Of a stretch of 64,000 nucleotides of DNA, positions 41,048 through 51,086 are shown piece by piece (the first letter of the stretch is position 1; the number at the start of each line of letters is the position of its first letter). The stretch spans positions 1-64,000 of the forward strand of contig JAUQYZ020000230.1 of assembly GCA_030587475.2 (NCBI GenBank), given 5' to 3'. The DNA comes from Candidatus Sigynarchaeum calidifontis. GTDB taxonomy: Archaea > Asgardarchaeota > Lokiarchaeia > Sigyniarchaeales > Sigyniarchaeaceae. A model generated the notes under the pieces. The model saw only the letters and a program-made list of their open reading frames with translations. It was not told the origin of the DNA and made no database searches. Made by a program: the position numbers and the translations under genes.

Positions 41048-41914
41048 CTATTCTTCCCTTTTGACCCGTTCCACGACCTTTCCCGCCGACATGTCCTTCC
41101 AATCCCTGCCAAGAAGCCACGCGCCGACGAAAAAATAGAAAAGTGCCAAGACCTTGTCAATGCTCGCCCCGTTATACAGGAGCGGCACCGCCACGATGAT
41201 GAAAAAAATGCCGATAGCTGCTTCGTGGACGTGCAAAATCCGACCGCGTATCTTGATCTCGAACCTGAAAAGCTCCACGTTTATCTCGCCTGCAAACCCT
41301 GCCAGGATGAATCCAACCGATATCGCCGCGCCCACGAGGCCATACATGGCGAACAAGTGGAGCTGCACGTGCATTACGAAATAAAAGAATCCGTACGTGC
41401 CGAGGCAAGCAATGGCCATGCCGAAAAAAAAGAACTTTGCCTTCTTGCCCTTCAACGTGCGGACGGGCATGTACTCCTCATCGACGAGCTTGGCTTGTTC
41501 CTCAGTGAGGCCGAACTCGATTATGCGCCGCTTCCGTTCCTCGATGAGGCGCGTTATCTCCGCGGCCCTGCCCTTTCCCTCGCTGCTGATGCCGATCAAG
41601 AGGAAGCTGCCGAGACTCACCATGGAGATGCACCACGAGAGGATTTCTTTCAGATCTGCAAGATCGGGATCGAGAAACGCTCCAGCGGCAATGAAGAAGC
41701 TGTAGCCGAACGAGACGATCATCGAGCACGTGAGGATCCACAACCCGAGGATACGCAAGAATCGCAGGATGGTAAGGGGTTGGCCTTTCTTCGGGCGATT
41801 TTGCTCGCTGAGCAAGTTGATCTCGTCGGGAAGGGCACCTTTGCCATTTCTCCTTTCCTTTTTTCTCGTAGCGCTATGGAGATCCAGTCGTGCCCCAGCT
41901 TCTGCATCGGCCAT
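41048..41914 (-). CDS. Multi-TM membrane protein with HVHE...GRDWKD motif (paralog A)
   Basis: About six TM helices; IRGRILHVHEAAIG...LLGRDWKD. Confidence 0.8.
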   Translation of the reverse strand: MADAEAGARLDLHSATRKKERRNGKGALPDEINLLSEQNRPKKGQPLTILRFLRILGLWILTCSMIVSFGYSFFIAAGAFLDPDLADLKEILSWCISMVSLGSFLLIGISSEGKGRAAEITRLIEERKRRIIEFGLTEEQAKLVDEEYMPVRTLKGKKAKFFFFGMAIACLGTYGFFYFVMHVQLHLFAMYGLVGAAISVGFILAGFAGEINVELFRFEIKIRGRILHVHEAAIGIFFIIVAVPLLYNGASIDKVLALFYFFVGAWLLGRDWKDMSAGKVVERVKREE

Positions 41915-42090
41915 TCGGGGTACCTCAAGCTCACAGTGCAAATATGATAGCGCGGCTCTATAGTCATCGTGCGCGTGGTTTTAAAGGATTTTTCTCCCCC
42001 GATCCGATTCGCAAACGTTGGATCGAGGTCCGGGGACAATAGACGGCTCCTAAATGAAAATAACAGAGGTGAAAACGGTAAAAAATCGGA

Positions 42091-42333
42091 TCATTTACTA
42101 ATGTCGTGGAAAAACTTGCAGCGCGTGCATTGCATGACCATCTTCGGCCCTTCCGGTGCAATGACCCTGCGCTTCACCATTTTACCAAGACATTTTTCGC
42201 AAGTCGTGTTCCAATCTATTTCCACTGATTCCGCGGTCATCATGGCTTCAGTCAATTCATTGGTTGGTATGCAATTCTCAGCGTTTTGCTGCACGGGCGG
42301 AATTCGGGCTATGGTTTTTTTGCTCAAATTCAT
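42091..42333 (-). CDS. Small zinc-ribbon protein
   Basis: CEKC...CTRC pair at the C-terminus. Confidence 0.65.
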   Translation of the reverse strand: MNLSKKTIARIPPVQQNAENCIPTNELTEAMMTAESVEIDWNTTCEKCLGKMVKRRVIAPEGPKMVMQCTRCKFFHDISK

Positions 42334-42973
42334 GTCTAGCCTTATTTTGTCAATATAATCGCATCATAATATATATGTCGGTTATCGTGACATAGACACA
42401 CAATTATTCTCATCATTCCAGACACGTTCTCGGAATTAGATGACATCCGCCTACTTTTTTTATAACGATATCATTCCCGTGTCCCCACCATCCGACAAAA
42501 ATCGACTCGCCGCACGCTAAAGCAAGAATCTTGATCTCGGGATGCAAAAATCAATTTTCGGCTTCATAAAACTCGTGAAAACCTTTAATTATGAATACGC
42601 GTGTTTCTATTTGATATGATAACCGTGAAGCCAATTAATGTTAACATTCATCTGTTCTTGACAAAAAATGATGATGTATTTCTTGTCATACAGCAGGATC
42701 TTGAAGTTTAGCAAGACCCCTTCGTGTTCTAACACGCGAATGAGCTATGCCAACTTTGTCGGCCATTCGTTTTCAAAATCCTTGCAGAACCGAGAGCGCG
42801 AACAAGTGATAATAGACTTCACGAGTACCTGGTAGCGAATCGGATACCAGATGCGAGTCAAATAGAAAGATGGAAATTGACGATTCACCGTTGGAGTCTT
42901 CCTTTGATCTGGCGAAAAGACATCGATTTCACATGAAGGTCGATCAATATAATGTGATTAGATACACGTCGAC

Positions 42974-43597
42974 TCATATCTGCTCCCGATAAACCACGGG
43001 GCTGCTCTCCTTGCCGTGGAGCCACCTGTTGAAGTACGCCAAGATCCTTTCCAGCTTTAACACGCCCCCGAACCAGGTCAGTTTCGTCGACCGGTTATTC
43101 TTGTCCAGCGCGTAGATGCCGGTCTCGTTGTAGTTCGGCCCGTCCGAATTGTACACCTCCTCTGACTTGTTCTCGAGCCGGGTCACATCCGCGAGTCCCA
43201 CCGTCACTCTCGGCTTGCGTTCGCGGTTTTTAAACCGTTCTTGAACTTCAATCGTTCCCTTGGCCTTGTCCGCGATAATATGCGTATGTAAATTCTTCTT
43301 GACGAGGTAAAACACGAGGTAGAATCCCCCGACGAAGAGCGCCACCACCGCCAGGACGACCGGCGCGCCTGCGGCGCTCGATGGTTCCCCGGATTCACCA
43401 CCGCCAGGGATGGTGATTCCCGCCCGATCAAGCAAGAAAGCAACCAACATGAGGGCACCACCAATGGCGAACAAGCCCTTTACCATCCGCATCACGCCTC
43501 GAACCACGTTCTCGTCCAAGATGGTTTCGGCCTTGATCGTCGCGAGATCGGGCCCCGCGATCTCCAGCACGAGCCATTCCTCCTTGATATAGTCCAT
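42974..43597 (-). CDS. Hypothetical two-TM membrane protein with a soluble C-terminal beta domain
   Basis: Two TM helices, then a bPH-like beta-rich region; start 43597 or 43618. Confidence 0.7.
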   Translation of the reverse strand: MDYIKEEWLVLEIAGPDLATIKAETILDENVVRGVMRMVKGLFAIGGALMLVAFLLDRAGITIPGGGESGEPSSAAGAPVVLAVVALFVGGFYLVFYLVKKNLHTHIIADKAKGTIEVQERFKNRERKPRVTVGLADVTRLENKSEEVYNSDGPNYNETGIYALDKNNRSTKLTWFGGVLKLERILAYFNRWLHGKESSPVVYREQI

Positions 43598-43707
43598 CTT
43601 GATTATTTTCCCAAGCATTTCGTTTATGGAGCGTGATCGACCTCGCGAGTTGGCAATCACCTTTCGATGCAAGATAATCAGACAAGCGCTTCTCAAAAAA
43701 AGCACGA

Positions 43708-44496
43708 TCACGTGATGATGGATCCCCGCTTCGACTTGAGCCGTATGTAGTCGTCATAATCCGGCTCACGCGATTTGTGGACGAGGATGTTACCTTGCAC
43801 GACGTCCTTCCAGTCTCTCCCGACGAGGAAAATGCCCGCGACGATAAAAGCCATGCCAATACAAAATTGAAGCCCATACATCCCGCCCGCGAGCATCGGG
43901 GTACCGATGCACGTAAAATAAAGCCCGATAACGCTCTCGTGCACGTGGTACCCAGCAATATATAGTCGCCAAACGTCCTCGTTCACGTTACCCACGACGA
44001 GCGCGACGAGGAATCCAACGGCCACGGCACCAAAAGCGATCGAGTACTGGTAAAAACCCTTGAAGATGATAGCGATCCAACTTTCAGGGGAGAAATCCCA
44101 GAGCACGTACATGACAATGGTCGCGGTGAAGAAAGCCAACGCAACGCCGAAGAACTTGAAGGTCGCCTTGCCATTCCCGCCACCGCTCGCCGCTTCCGGC
44201 TCGGCGTATTGCTTCTGCTGCTCGTAGAACGCGGCGCTCTCTCCAAGCTTCGCCGCGTCGACCGGGGGTTTCTTGACCTTCCGTTGCAACATCGCGCCGA
44301 CAAACATGAGCGCGAAGCCAAGCGCCATGATGATGGCAAGGACGGCAAATACTGGCTGCTTGAAGGCGGCCGCGCCGAGCAAATGGAACAGGTCGAATGC
44401 CGAGAAGATCGACCACGCGAGCTGGGCGAACGTATTCCCGAAGAAAGTACACAAGCCAGCGAGGCGAAATTTCCGCAAGAAAGCATTTGGGTCCAT
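43708..44496 (-). CDS. Multi-TM membrane protein with HVHE...GRDWKD motif (paralog B)
   Basis: YIAGYHVHESVIG...LVGRDWKD; start moved to the ATG at 44496 because the longer ORF overlaps the tRNA. Confidence 0.8.
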   Translation of the reverse strand: MDPNAFLRKFRLAGLCTFFGNTFAQLAWSIFSAFDLFHLLGAAAFKQPVFAVLAIIMALGFALMFVGAMLQRKVKKPPVDAAKLGESAAFYEQQKQYAEPEAASGGGNGKATFKFFGVALAFFTATIVMYVLWDFSPESWIAIIFKGFYQYSIAFGAVAVGFLVALVVGNVNEDVWRLYIAGYHVHESVIGLYFTCIGTPMLAGGMYGLQFCIGMAFIVAGIFLVGRDWKDVVQGNILVHKSREPDYDDYIRLKSKRGSIIT

Positions 44497-44594
44497 GCGA
44501 GACGGATCGACGCCGTGGCATAAAAACCGGATTGCAACGACAAAAGCCCCTGTCGAGGCGCGGCACCATTCAAGGTGGAAGGAAGAGAAAGAAG

Positions 44595-44708
44595 CGCGGA
44601 GGGAGGGGTTCGAACCCTCGCAGGATGTGGATTTTTGCGAGAAAGCCTCGCAGAACATTCTCCCACGGACTTAGCAGGCCCGCATCGTAACCACTTGATT
44701 ACCTCCGC
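44595..44708 (-). tRNA. tRNA-Ser(GCT) with a 46-nt variable region (possible non-canonical intron)
   Basis: Acceptor GCGGAGG/CCTCCGC plus G73; D-arm ATC-AAGTGGTTAC-GAT; anticodon arm CGGGC-CTGCTAA-GTCCG; T-arm GAGGG-TTCGAAC-CCCTC; CCA not encoded. Confidence 0.9.
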
Positions 44709-45224
44709 GCAAGTGGAAACATGGCTCTTGATGCATTTGCTAGCATCGACATATCATAAGCATGTATGCCGCGAGATCGTTCTTTGCCTTGATCCTTAGA
44801 AACGCGACAATCAAAAAAAGATTTTTCATCGTTAATTTTAAGTTAAAGGTAAAGATCGCCATCGAATAGCGATAAAATCAAATCACGTATATCCTTTCGA
44901 GTCCTTTCGCTGTCAATTGATTTTTCGCAACGATGGTTAGTTTCCCGTCAATGTATTTGGTTTCGATGCACTTTGCATGGCTACTGCAGTCTTTCGCTGA
45001 GTCCGGGATATGCCCTCGACAGACCCGCAAGACATCGGGTGATATTTCATCAATCAAGATGATCCGCCCATCGTCTCCCTTGATGCGTCAAGGGCGCATC
45101 AACGCATCATTTTACGCCGAATGGCCACATCCGAGTTTTCGTGGCGCACCAGATAATCCAAAAAGATTTTTCATGGCGGTGCTGTCATTGCTTGTTTTTG
45201 ATTCACTCGTCGAGTGCAAGAGCT

Positions 45225-46355
45225 ATGATGAGCATCGAGCCCGGTTCGGTTTCTTTTGCCCCCGGCCGCATTTGTCTTTTTGGCGAGCATCAAGATTATC
45301 TTAAATTCCCCGTCATCGCAGCATCTATCAATTTAGGTATCTTTATCAAGTTTTTAGGCTTTCACGAGCCCGATGATCAGAAGATCACGATCGAGATGCC
45401 TGACATGAGCGACACCCGCGTCGTGGATCTCGCCATACCCCTCGTATACCAAGGAAAGCGAGATTACATCGCTTCGTCCATCAACGTGCTCAGGAAGGGG
45501 GGAATCGTCATTGAGAAAGGGTTCAGCGTGCGCATCACGGGCACCTTGCCGATCAACGCGGGTGCATCGAGCTCGTCTGCTCTCATCGTCGCGTGGGTCA
45601 ATTTACTGGCTACATTGTTCTCCAGCAAACCGGTCGACCCGATCAAGCGGGCACGATGGGCAAACCAGGCCGAGATCGTCGAGTTCGGCGAGGCCGGAGG
45701 TTTCATGGACCACGTCACGAGCAGCGTGGGCGGGGTGCTGTACGTCCGCCACGATTTCACGATCGAGAGATTGCCGGTTCCCCCATCCATGCATGTCGTC
45801 CTCGCCGATTCGCTCCAGAAAAAGCAGACTGTCGACGATTTAAAGCGATTGCGCGCCAGCGTGGAGAGCCAAATTACCAGCGTCAAGAACTTGGTGCCCA
45901 ATTTTGAGATCACGGCTCCGGAATTTTGCAACGATCAGTTCGTCGCGGCAAACACAGATGCCGGTCTTAATCTGAAGCACGATTTCCCGCTCGTCTATGC
46001 AAACCTTCAAAACGGCATCATCACGAGGAAAGCATTCGACATCTTCATGTCGAAAAAACCATCGATTGATGCCATCGGTGCCCTGATCAACCAGCACTTC
46101 ACGTACTTGCGCGATTATTCCCGAGTTTCTACCGACAAGATCACGTCAATGGTGAAGGCTGCCATCGAAGCGGGCGCTGCCGGGGCGAAAATCAACGGCA
46201 GTGGCTTCGGCGGGACGATGTTCGCGATATGCCGATCAAAGAAGGTGCAAGACAAGGTGGCAAGCGCCATCGCCGCCGCGGGTGGAAAGGTATACAAGGT
46301 TAATATCAGCGATGGCGCCAAGATCATCGGCGTAGATAAAGAGAAAACTGAATAA
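45225..46355 (+). CDS. GHMP kinase, galactokinase-like
   Basis: APGRICLFGEHQDY, LPINAGASSSSAL, MD and GAKINGSGFGG motifs. Confidence 0.9.
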   Translation: MMSIEPGSVSFAPGRICLFGEHQDYLKFPVIAASINLGIFIKFLGFHEPDDQKITIEMPDMSDTRVVDLAIPLVYQGKRDYIASSINVLRKGGIVIEKGFSVRITGTLPINAGASSSSALIVAWVNLLATLFSSKPVDPIKRARWANQAEIVEFGEAGGFMDHVTSSVGGVLYVRHDFTIERLPVPPSMHVVLADSLQKKQTVDDLKRLRASVESQITSVKNLVPNFEITAPEFCNDQFVAANTDAGLNLKHDFPLVYANLQNGIITRKAFDIFMSKKPSIDAIGALINQHFTYLRDYSRVSTDKITSMVKAAIEAGAAGAKINGSGFGGTMFAICRSKKVQDKVASAIAAAGGKVYKVNISDGAKIIGVDKEKTE

Positions 46356-46369
46356 TTTGTGGGAATGCA

Positions 46370-47368
46370 TCATCCTCCGATTTTCACGACGATCTTGACG
46401 AAGTCCCGCTTCGATGGATCCATGTATCGCTCGAAGGCTTCCTGGATGGCTTCCAGCTTGACAACGCCCGAGATGATGGCTGCGGGATTCACCCGCTTCG
46501 CCGCGACGAGAGCGATCGCGTCCTCGATGTCCTGCCTGTCGTGAGATAGCGAGCCACGTATGGCGATCTCCTTTGAACTGAGCGTGAAAATTGGAAACGA
46601 GATCTTGCCTTTCTGGACAGATTCAACAATGATCTCGCCGCCATGCTTTACTATGTCCATGGCCAGAATCACCCCGTCCTCGATCCCGGAACATTCAAAC
46701 ACGGCCTCCGGTTCCCCGTGTTCCTTGAAGAACCGGCGTGCCATGGCAGCGCTTGGCCGGATGACCTCGGTCGCGCCGAGTTCCCTTGCCTTGGCTTGCT
46801 GGAACGCCCCCGGCTCCATCACTAGAATGTAATTGCCGCGTCGCGGGAATCCTGCCGCTCGCAAGCACGACAGGGTGGTCAGCCCGATATTGCCGGCGCC
46901 CATGACGGCGATGTTGTTTTCGCTCTGCAATCGGGCCCATTTTAGTGCCCGGACGGCAACGGCAAATGATTCGATCATCGTGGCATCCCGGGGCATGATG
47001 GATGCGGGGATGTGGAACAAGAAGTCCTTCGGAACCACGACATACTCGGCGAACCCTCCGTTCCTGAAGATGCCCAGGCCCCGCAATTCGTTGGACGTGT
47101 CAAGCTGCACGTTGATACCCGCGACACTGTCGCCCAGCTTGAATCCCGACCCCTCCATACCTGGCCCGAGTCGTGCCACCTCGCCAGCGAACTCGTGCCC
47201 CATGATGATGGGCGTCTGGTAAATCTTTGTCGTCCAGTTCTTCACGTCCGTGCCGCATATGGCGCAATAATGCACTTTCACGAGTACTTCGCCCGTATTT
47301 GGCTCGGGCGTCGGGTAATTGTCGTGGATCTTGATCGTGCGGATGTCCTCGAACACCGCCGCTCGAAT
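46370..47368 (-). CDS. Zn-dependent MDR-family alcohol/polyol dehydrogenase (probable ATT start)
   Basis: CAICGTD, GHEFAG and GAGNIG motifs; structural-Zn lobe absent. GGAGGAGG lies 7 nt before an ATT that gives MRAAVFED; the GTG at 47356 is the alternative start. Confidence 0.9.
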   Translation of the reverse strand: MRAAVFEDIRTIKIHDNYPTPEPNTGEVLVKVHYCAICGTDVKNWTTKIYQTPIIMGHEFAGEVARLGPGMEGSGFKLGDSVAGINVQLDTSNELRGLGIFRNGGFAEYVVVPKDFLFHIPASIMPRDATMIESFAVAVRALKWARLQSENNIAVMGAGNIGLTTLSCLRAAGFPRRGNYILVMEPGAFQQAKARELGATEVIRPSAAMARRFFKEHGEPEAVFECSGIEDGVILAMDIVKHGGEIIVESVQKGKISFPIFTLSSKEIAIRGSLSHDRQDIEDAIALVAAKRVNPAAIISGVVKLEAIQEAFERYMDPSKRDFVKIVVKIGG

Positions 47369-47386
47369 TTTGGTTCCTCCTCCCCT

Positions 47387-47866
47387 CTATGCCTTATCGT
47401 GATGGTGTTGGTCGTCATGTCTATGCTCCTTCTCATCGCCCGCGTCGCCGCGCGGGAACACGTACAAAGGCACGAGCTCGCAAAATAAAATGCCCTTTAT
47501 GGCCTTGACTTGCTCGACGAATGACAAGACGCTCGTGACTTCACCCCGCAATGCGATTACTTCAGAACAGTTCTCCTCGGAAACATGGACATGCATGGTC
47601 GAGTAGATATGGATGCCGGCGTTGTGTTCGATCTCGGTGAGCTCATCGAGGAGGCCTCTCTGGTGATGGTTGAACGCGATGACGAGGAACCCGTCCTCGA
47701 ATGTATCTGGCCGGAGCGTCGCCTCCTTCTTCAAGAACTCGCGCAAGGCATCCCGCACCACCTCGGACCGCTTGGCACCTTTTTCCTTGCAATACTTCTC
47801 CAGCTCCGCTAAGAAATCCTTCGGGATCGTGATCGTGACGCGATCCATGTCCTTATCTGAGTACAT
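47387..47866 (-). CDS. nikR: Nickel-responsive regulator NikR with a His-rich tail
   Basis: RHH domain RVTITIP...RSEVVRDALR; Ni ligands IEH, MHVH and ENCSEV; tail EHRHDDQHHHDKA. Confidence 0.92.
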   Translation of the reverse strand: MYSDKDMDRVTITIPKDFLAELEKYCKEKGAKRSEVVRDALREFLKKEATLRPDTFEDGFLVIAFNHHQRGLLDELTEIEHNAGIHIYSTMHVHVSEENCSEVIALRGEVTSVLSFVEQVKAIKGILFCELVPLYVFPRGDAGDEKEHRHDDQHHHDKA

Positions 47867-48308
47867 CGGAATGACCTCGGATGACGGTCATTTCTTCCCG
47901 TGGTAACATATATAATTGCACGGCGGTTGGATCACGGATATCACGGGATCGCAGCTCCGGGAAAAACGGACGACGGGGACGCCGGTGCCCTTCGACGTCC
48001 CCGCGTCTCTCAAGGTAGCCAAATGCCTTGCCTAAAGCTGGTGCCGTGAGGTGTCTTGTCGAGCCTTTTAGGTGAAATGTAAACGTTCCAAGGCCATGCT
48101 AACATTCAAGCAAGATCTATTTAACAATTTCAGTCATTGGCTTCATGTGTCAAGTTAACCGGGGATTCTGCGAAATACTCGACTTTGTAGAGAGATCTTA
48201 AGGCATCCGACAAAAATGAAGTTCAACCAATTTAACCGCGAAATCGTTCTCCACGGGTTATTTTTTCTGCTTCCCGTTGCGAATCGTTGTCATCGCAATG
48301 GCATTAAA

Positions 48309-48336
48309 GTAATACTTTATTCCAAAGAAGTATGAG
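48309..48336. promoter_or_regulatory. Putative NikR operator overlapping the start of the ECF S-like gene
   Basis: GTAATAC-N14-GTATGAG; same 7-14-7 geometry as the sites at 48979 and 55703. Confidence 0.6.
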
Positions 48337-48961
48337 CAACGACTTCGCAAGCAAAAGCACCTTGTATGTTAACGGTGAAATCGATACATCGATCATTTCT
48401 GAAAATGACCAAAATACCAATCGAAAATCCAAGGATATCGCCTTGATCGCGATCTTCTCTGCAATCCTTGGCATATTAGCAATTTTTGCATGGATCGTGC
48501 CGTTCAGGCACATCACGATGGAATTTCTCATCAACGTGGTCGTTATCTTGTTATTAAAGATTGCCCGACGAAAGGGCACCTTGTTTTTCACCGGCCTGAT
48601 CACGGGATTCATCGATTTTTTCGCGGGATTGTCTGGCCCTGGCGGGTTTCTCGCCCCGATTGTCTACGGCTTTAAACTGGGCTTTTTAGAATCGGCAAAT
48701 CACTATTATAAAAAACCGCGCCATAGGAACGCGATGCTCATCGTGGTGAATTCAATTGGATATTTTCTCACGGGAACTTTGATCTGGATAATGTACACGG
48801 CACTATTCATTCCTCTTGGGACCGAGTCCACGCAAAAGATGTGGTTCGTGTTGACCCTCGCGGGTGCGTTGATTTGCATCCCCGCTACCGTCTTCGCCAT
48901 AAATATATATGATAGGTGGTTCAAGCCGCACGCTCGGATCCTCATGCAAACGAAAACGTGA
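48332..48961 (+). CDS. ECF-type transporter S-component-like membrane protein
   Basis: KDIALIAIFSAIL first helix, RRKGTLFFTGLI, about six TMs, about 200 aa. Confidence 0.65.
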   Translation: MSNDFASKSTLYVNGEIDTSIISENDQNTNRKSKDIALIAIFSAILGILAIFAWIVPFRHITMEFLINVVVILLLKIARRKGTLFFTGLITGFIDFFAGLSGPGGFLAPIVYGFKLGFLESANHYYKKPRHRNAMLIVVNSIGYFLTGTLIWIMYTALFIPLGTESTQKMWFVLTLAGALICIPATVFAINIYDRWFKPHARILMQTKT

Positions 48962-48978
48962 AGTGGTCCACGAAGGGA

Positions 48979-49006
48979 ATAACACTTTTTTTATTCTGGA
49001 TATGAC
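48979..49006. promoter_or_regulatory. Putative degenerate NikR operator adjacent to a TATA-like TTTAAA upstream of chlD
   Basis: ATAACAC-N14-ATATGAC immediately followed by TTTAAA (49007-49012). Confidence 0.5.
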
Positions 49007-49060
49007 TTTAAAGGTTGATTTACTAACTGGCCGTGAACGAAGATCATCGAGACGACACGC

Positions 49061-51070
49061 GTGACGCACTATAAAACCTTCCCGTTCAGCGCCATCGTTG
49101 GGCAAAACGACATGAAGCTCGCGCTTATCTTGAATGCTATCAACCCGAAGATCGGCGGGGTTTTAATAAAGGGTACCAAGGGTACTGCAAAATCTACGGC
49201 GGTACGAGCACTTGCCGACTTGCTACCCGAGATCCGGGTCATCAAAGACTGCCCGTTCAATTGCAATCCTGAAAGCATCAAGGAATCTTGTCATACCTGC
49301 CAACACAAGCTAGAAGCTGGGGAAATAACTGAAAAGGATATAGAAACGAGAAAGATGCGCGTTATTAACCTCCCCATCAATGCGACAGAGGATCGCGTCG
49401 TTGGTACCATAAACATCAAGGAAGCATTGTCGACAGGACTCAAAGCGCTTGATCCAGGAATCCTTGCTGATGCGAACCGGAATATTCTATATATCGACGA
49501 GGTTAACTTGCTTTCGGATAACGTGGCCGATATATTGCTCGATTCCGCTGCGATGGGTATCAACATCATAGAACGGGAAGGGATATCTCTCCATCATCCG
49601 TCAAACTTCATCTTGATAGGGACCATGAATCCCGAGGAGGGAAACTTGCGCCCGCAATTGCTCGACAGGTTCGGACTCGGTGTAGAAGCGGAGATTATAA
49701 CTAATATCCCAGACCGGGTCGAGATCGTGCGTCGTTCCGAGGAATACCATGCGGATCCCTCCACCTTCTACGAAAAATACGATGCAAAACAGAACGCCCT
49801 TCGCAAGCAGATCGTTGATGCACGTGCTTTATTACCCGAAGTACGCATTCCAGACGAGCTTCTAGAAAAAATTGCATCGGTTTGCGTGGCATTCGAGGTC
49901 GACGGACACCGGGCCGACATAACGATAAATGCAGCGGCGAAAACGCTAGCCGCTTTCAACGGGCGACGCGAGGTCTCGATCGAGGACGTGAAACATGCCA
50001 CGCGGCTAGCATTGATGCACAGATTACGTCGCCTTCCATTCGAGGATAAGAAGCTAGACGTCCATAAAATCGACGAGTTACTGGATAAACCCGAGCATTC
50101 TGGGGGGCCAGACCCGTCGGACGAGGGAAATCCCAAAATCGATAAAAGCGATAAAGAAGCGGGAAAACGCCAGGTCGTTAACCAGCGGGAAACGACCTTC
50201 AACATCGGCGTTGGCATGAATGCAGATAAGGTGATCCATTTGCATAAAACCCGTGAATTGATGAATGCATCGGGGCGCATCGTCCCGCACCCGACGAACG
50301 ACAAGCGTGGTGCCCAGTCCGGGATCGAGAAGCCTCGACGTAGCATCAACATGCCAACATCGAGCGATGTCGCTATCTTGCCCACGATCAACGAGGCCGT
50401 GTTGGATCCAGAGAACCAGGCGTCTGTAAAAGCTGGCGGTTCCATTAATGTTGGCGAGAACCACATTCACGTGAAGAAAAGATCGGGAAAATCGAGCTAT
50501 GCCATTATTTTTTGCGTCGACGCGTCGGGATCCATGGGCGCGGAGAACCGGATGGAAGCTGTTAAGGGTGCGATCTTCACCATTCTCCAAGGAAGTTACG
50601 TCCGGCGGGATAAGGTTTCCCTCGTCGTGTTCCGGCAAGACAAGGCCGAAGTCGTATTGCCACCGACCCGGAGCATCGATCTCGCGTTCAAAGTTTTGAA
50701 GGAAATTCCAACGGGCGGTACGACCCCCTTGGCTGCGGGTTTGCTCAAGGCAATCGATGTCGCAGCCGAGGAGAAACGCAAAGCTACCGGCTATATCCCC
50801 TTGATCATTATCATCACCGATGCCCGGGCGAACGTGTATGTTCACGACGCAATTGATGATGCTAAAAAAGTCGCGAAATACATTGCGGAGCAAGGCGTGG
50901 AGACAATCGTGATCGACACGGAATCACCAAGCTTGAAACTTGGTCTTGCGAGAGAAATCGCCGATGCAGCGAATGCCACGTATTATCCCATAGACCAGTT
51001 TGGAAAAGACGAGATCCGGAACGTGCTCCACGCGGAAGGCTTGCTCGAACCGATGACAAGCGAATCCTAA
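49061..51070 (+). CDS. chlD: Class I chelatase AAA+/vWA subunit (ChlD/BchD-type, with ChlI-like ATPase domain)
   Basis: [44 protein letters not shown]; vWA motifs DASGSM, GGTTPL and ITDARAN. Confidence 0.92.
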   Translation: MTHYKTFPFSAIVGQNDMKLALILNAINPKIGGVLIKGTKGTAKSTAVRALADLLPEIRVIKDCPFNCNPESIKESCHTCQHKLEAGEITEKDIETRKMRVINLPINATEDRVVGTINIKEALSTGLKALDPGILADANRNILYIDEVNLLSDNVADILLDSAAMGINIIEREGISLHHPSNFILIGTMNPEEGNLRPQLLDRFGLGVEAEIITNIPDRVEIVRRSEEYHADPSTFYEKYDAKQNALRKQIVDARALLPEVRIPDELLEKIASVCVAFEVDGHRADITINAAAKTLAAFNGRREVSIEDVKHATRLALMHRLRRLPFEDKKLDVHKIDELLDKPEHSGGPDPSDEGNPKIDKSDKEAGKRQVVNQRETTFNIGVGMNADKVIHLHKTRELMNASGRIVPHPTNDKRGAQSGIEKPRRSINMPTSSDVAILPTINEAVLDPENQASVKAGGSINVGENHIHVKKRSGKSSYAIIFCVDASGSMGAENRMEAVKGAIFTILQGSYVRRDKVSLVVFRQDKAEVVLPPTRSIDLAFKVLKEIPTGGTTPLAAGLLKAIDVAAEEKRKATGYIPLIIIITDARANVYVHDAIDDAKKVAKYIAEQGVETIVIDTESPSLKLGLAREIADAANATYYPIDQFGKDEIRNVLHAEGLLEPMTSES

Positions 51071-51086
51071 TTGTTCGTGATTTTTC

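Noticed and set aside
44497-44658. N-terminal extension of ORF 43708..44658
   Set aside because: Overlaps the tRNA-Ser gene; the ATG at 44496 gives a coherent membrane protein.
47369-47389. Pyrrolysine or stop readthrough fusing NikR to the dehydrogenase
   Set aside because: The in-frame spacer is explained by a Shine-Dalgarno sequence and both proteins are complete on their own; no pyl genes in the window.
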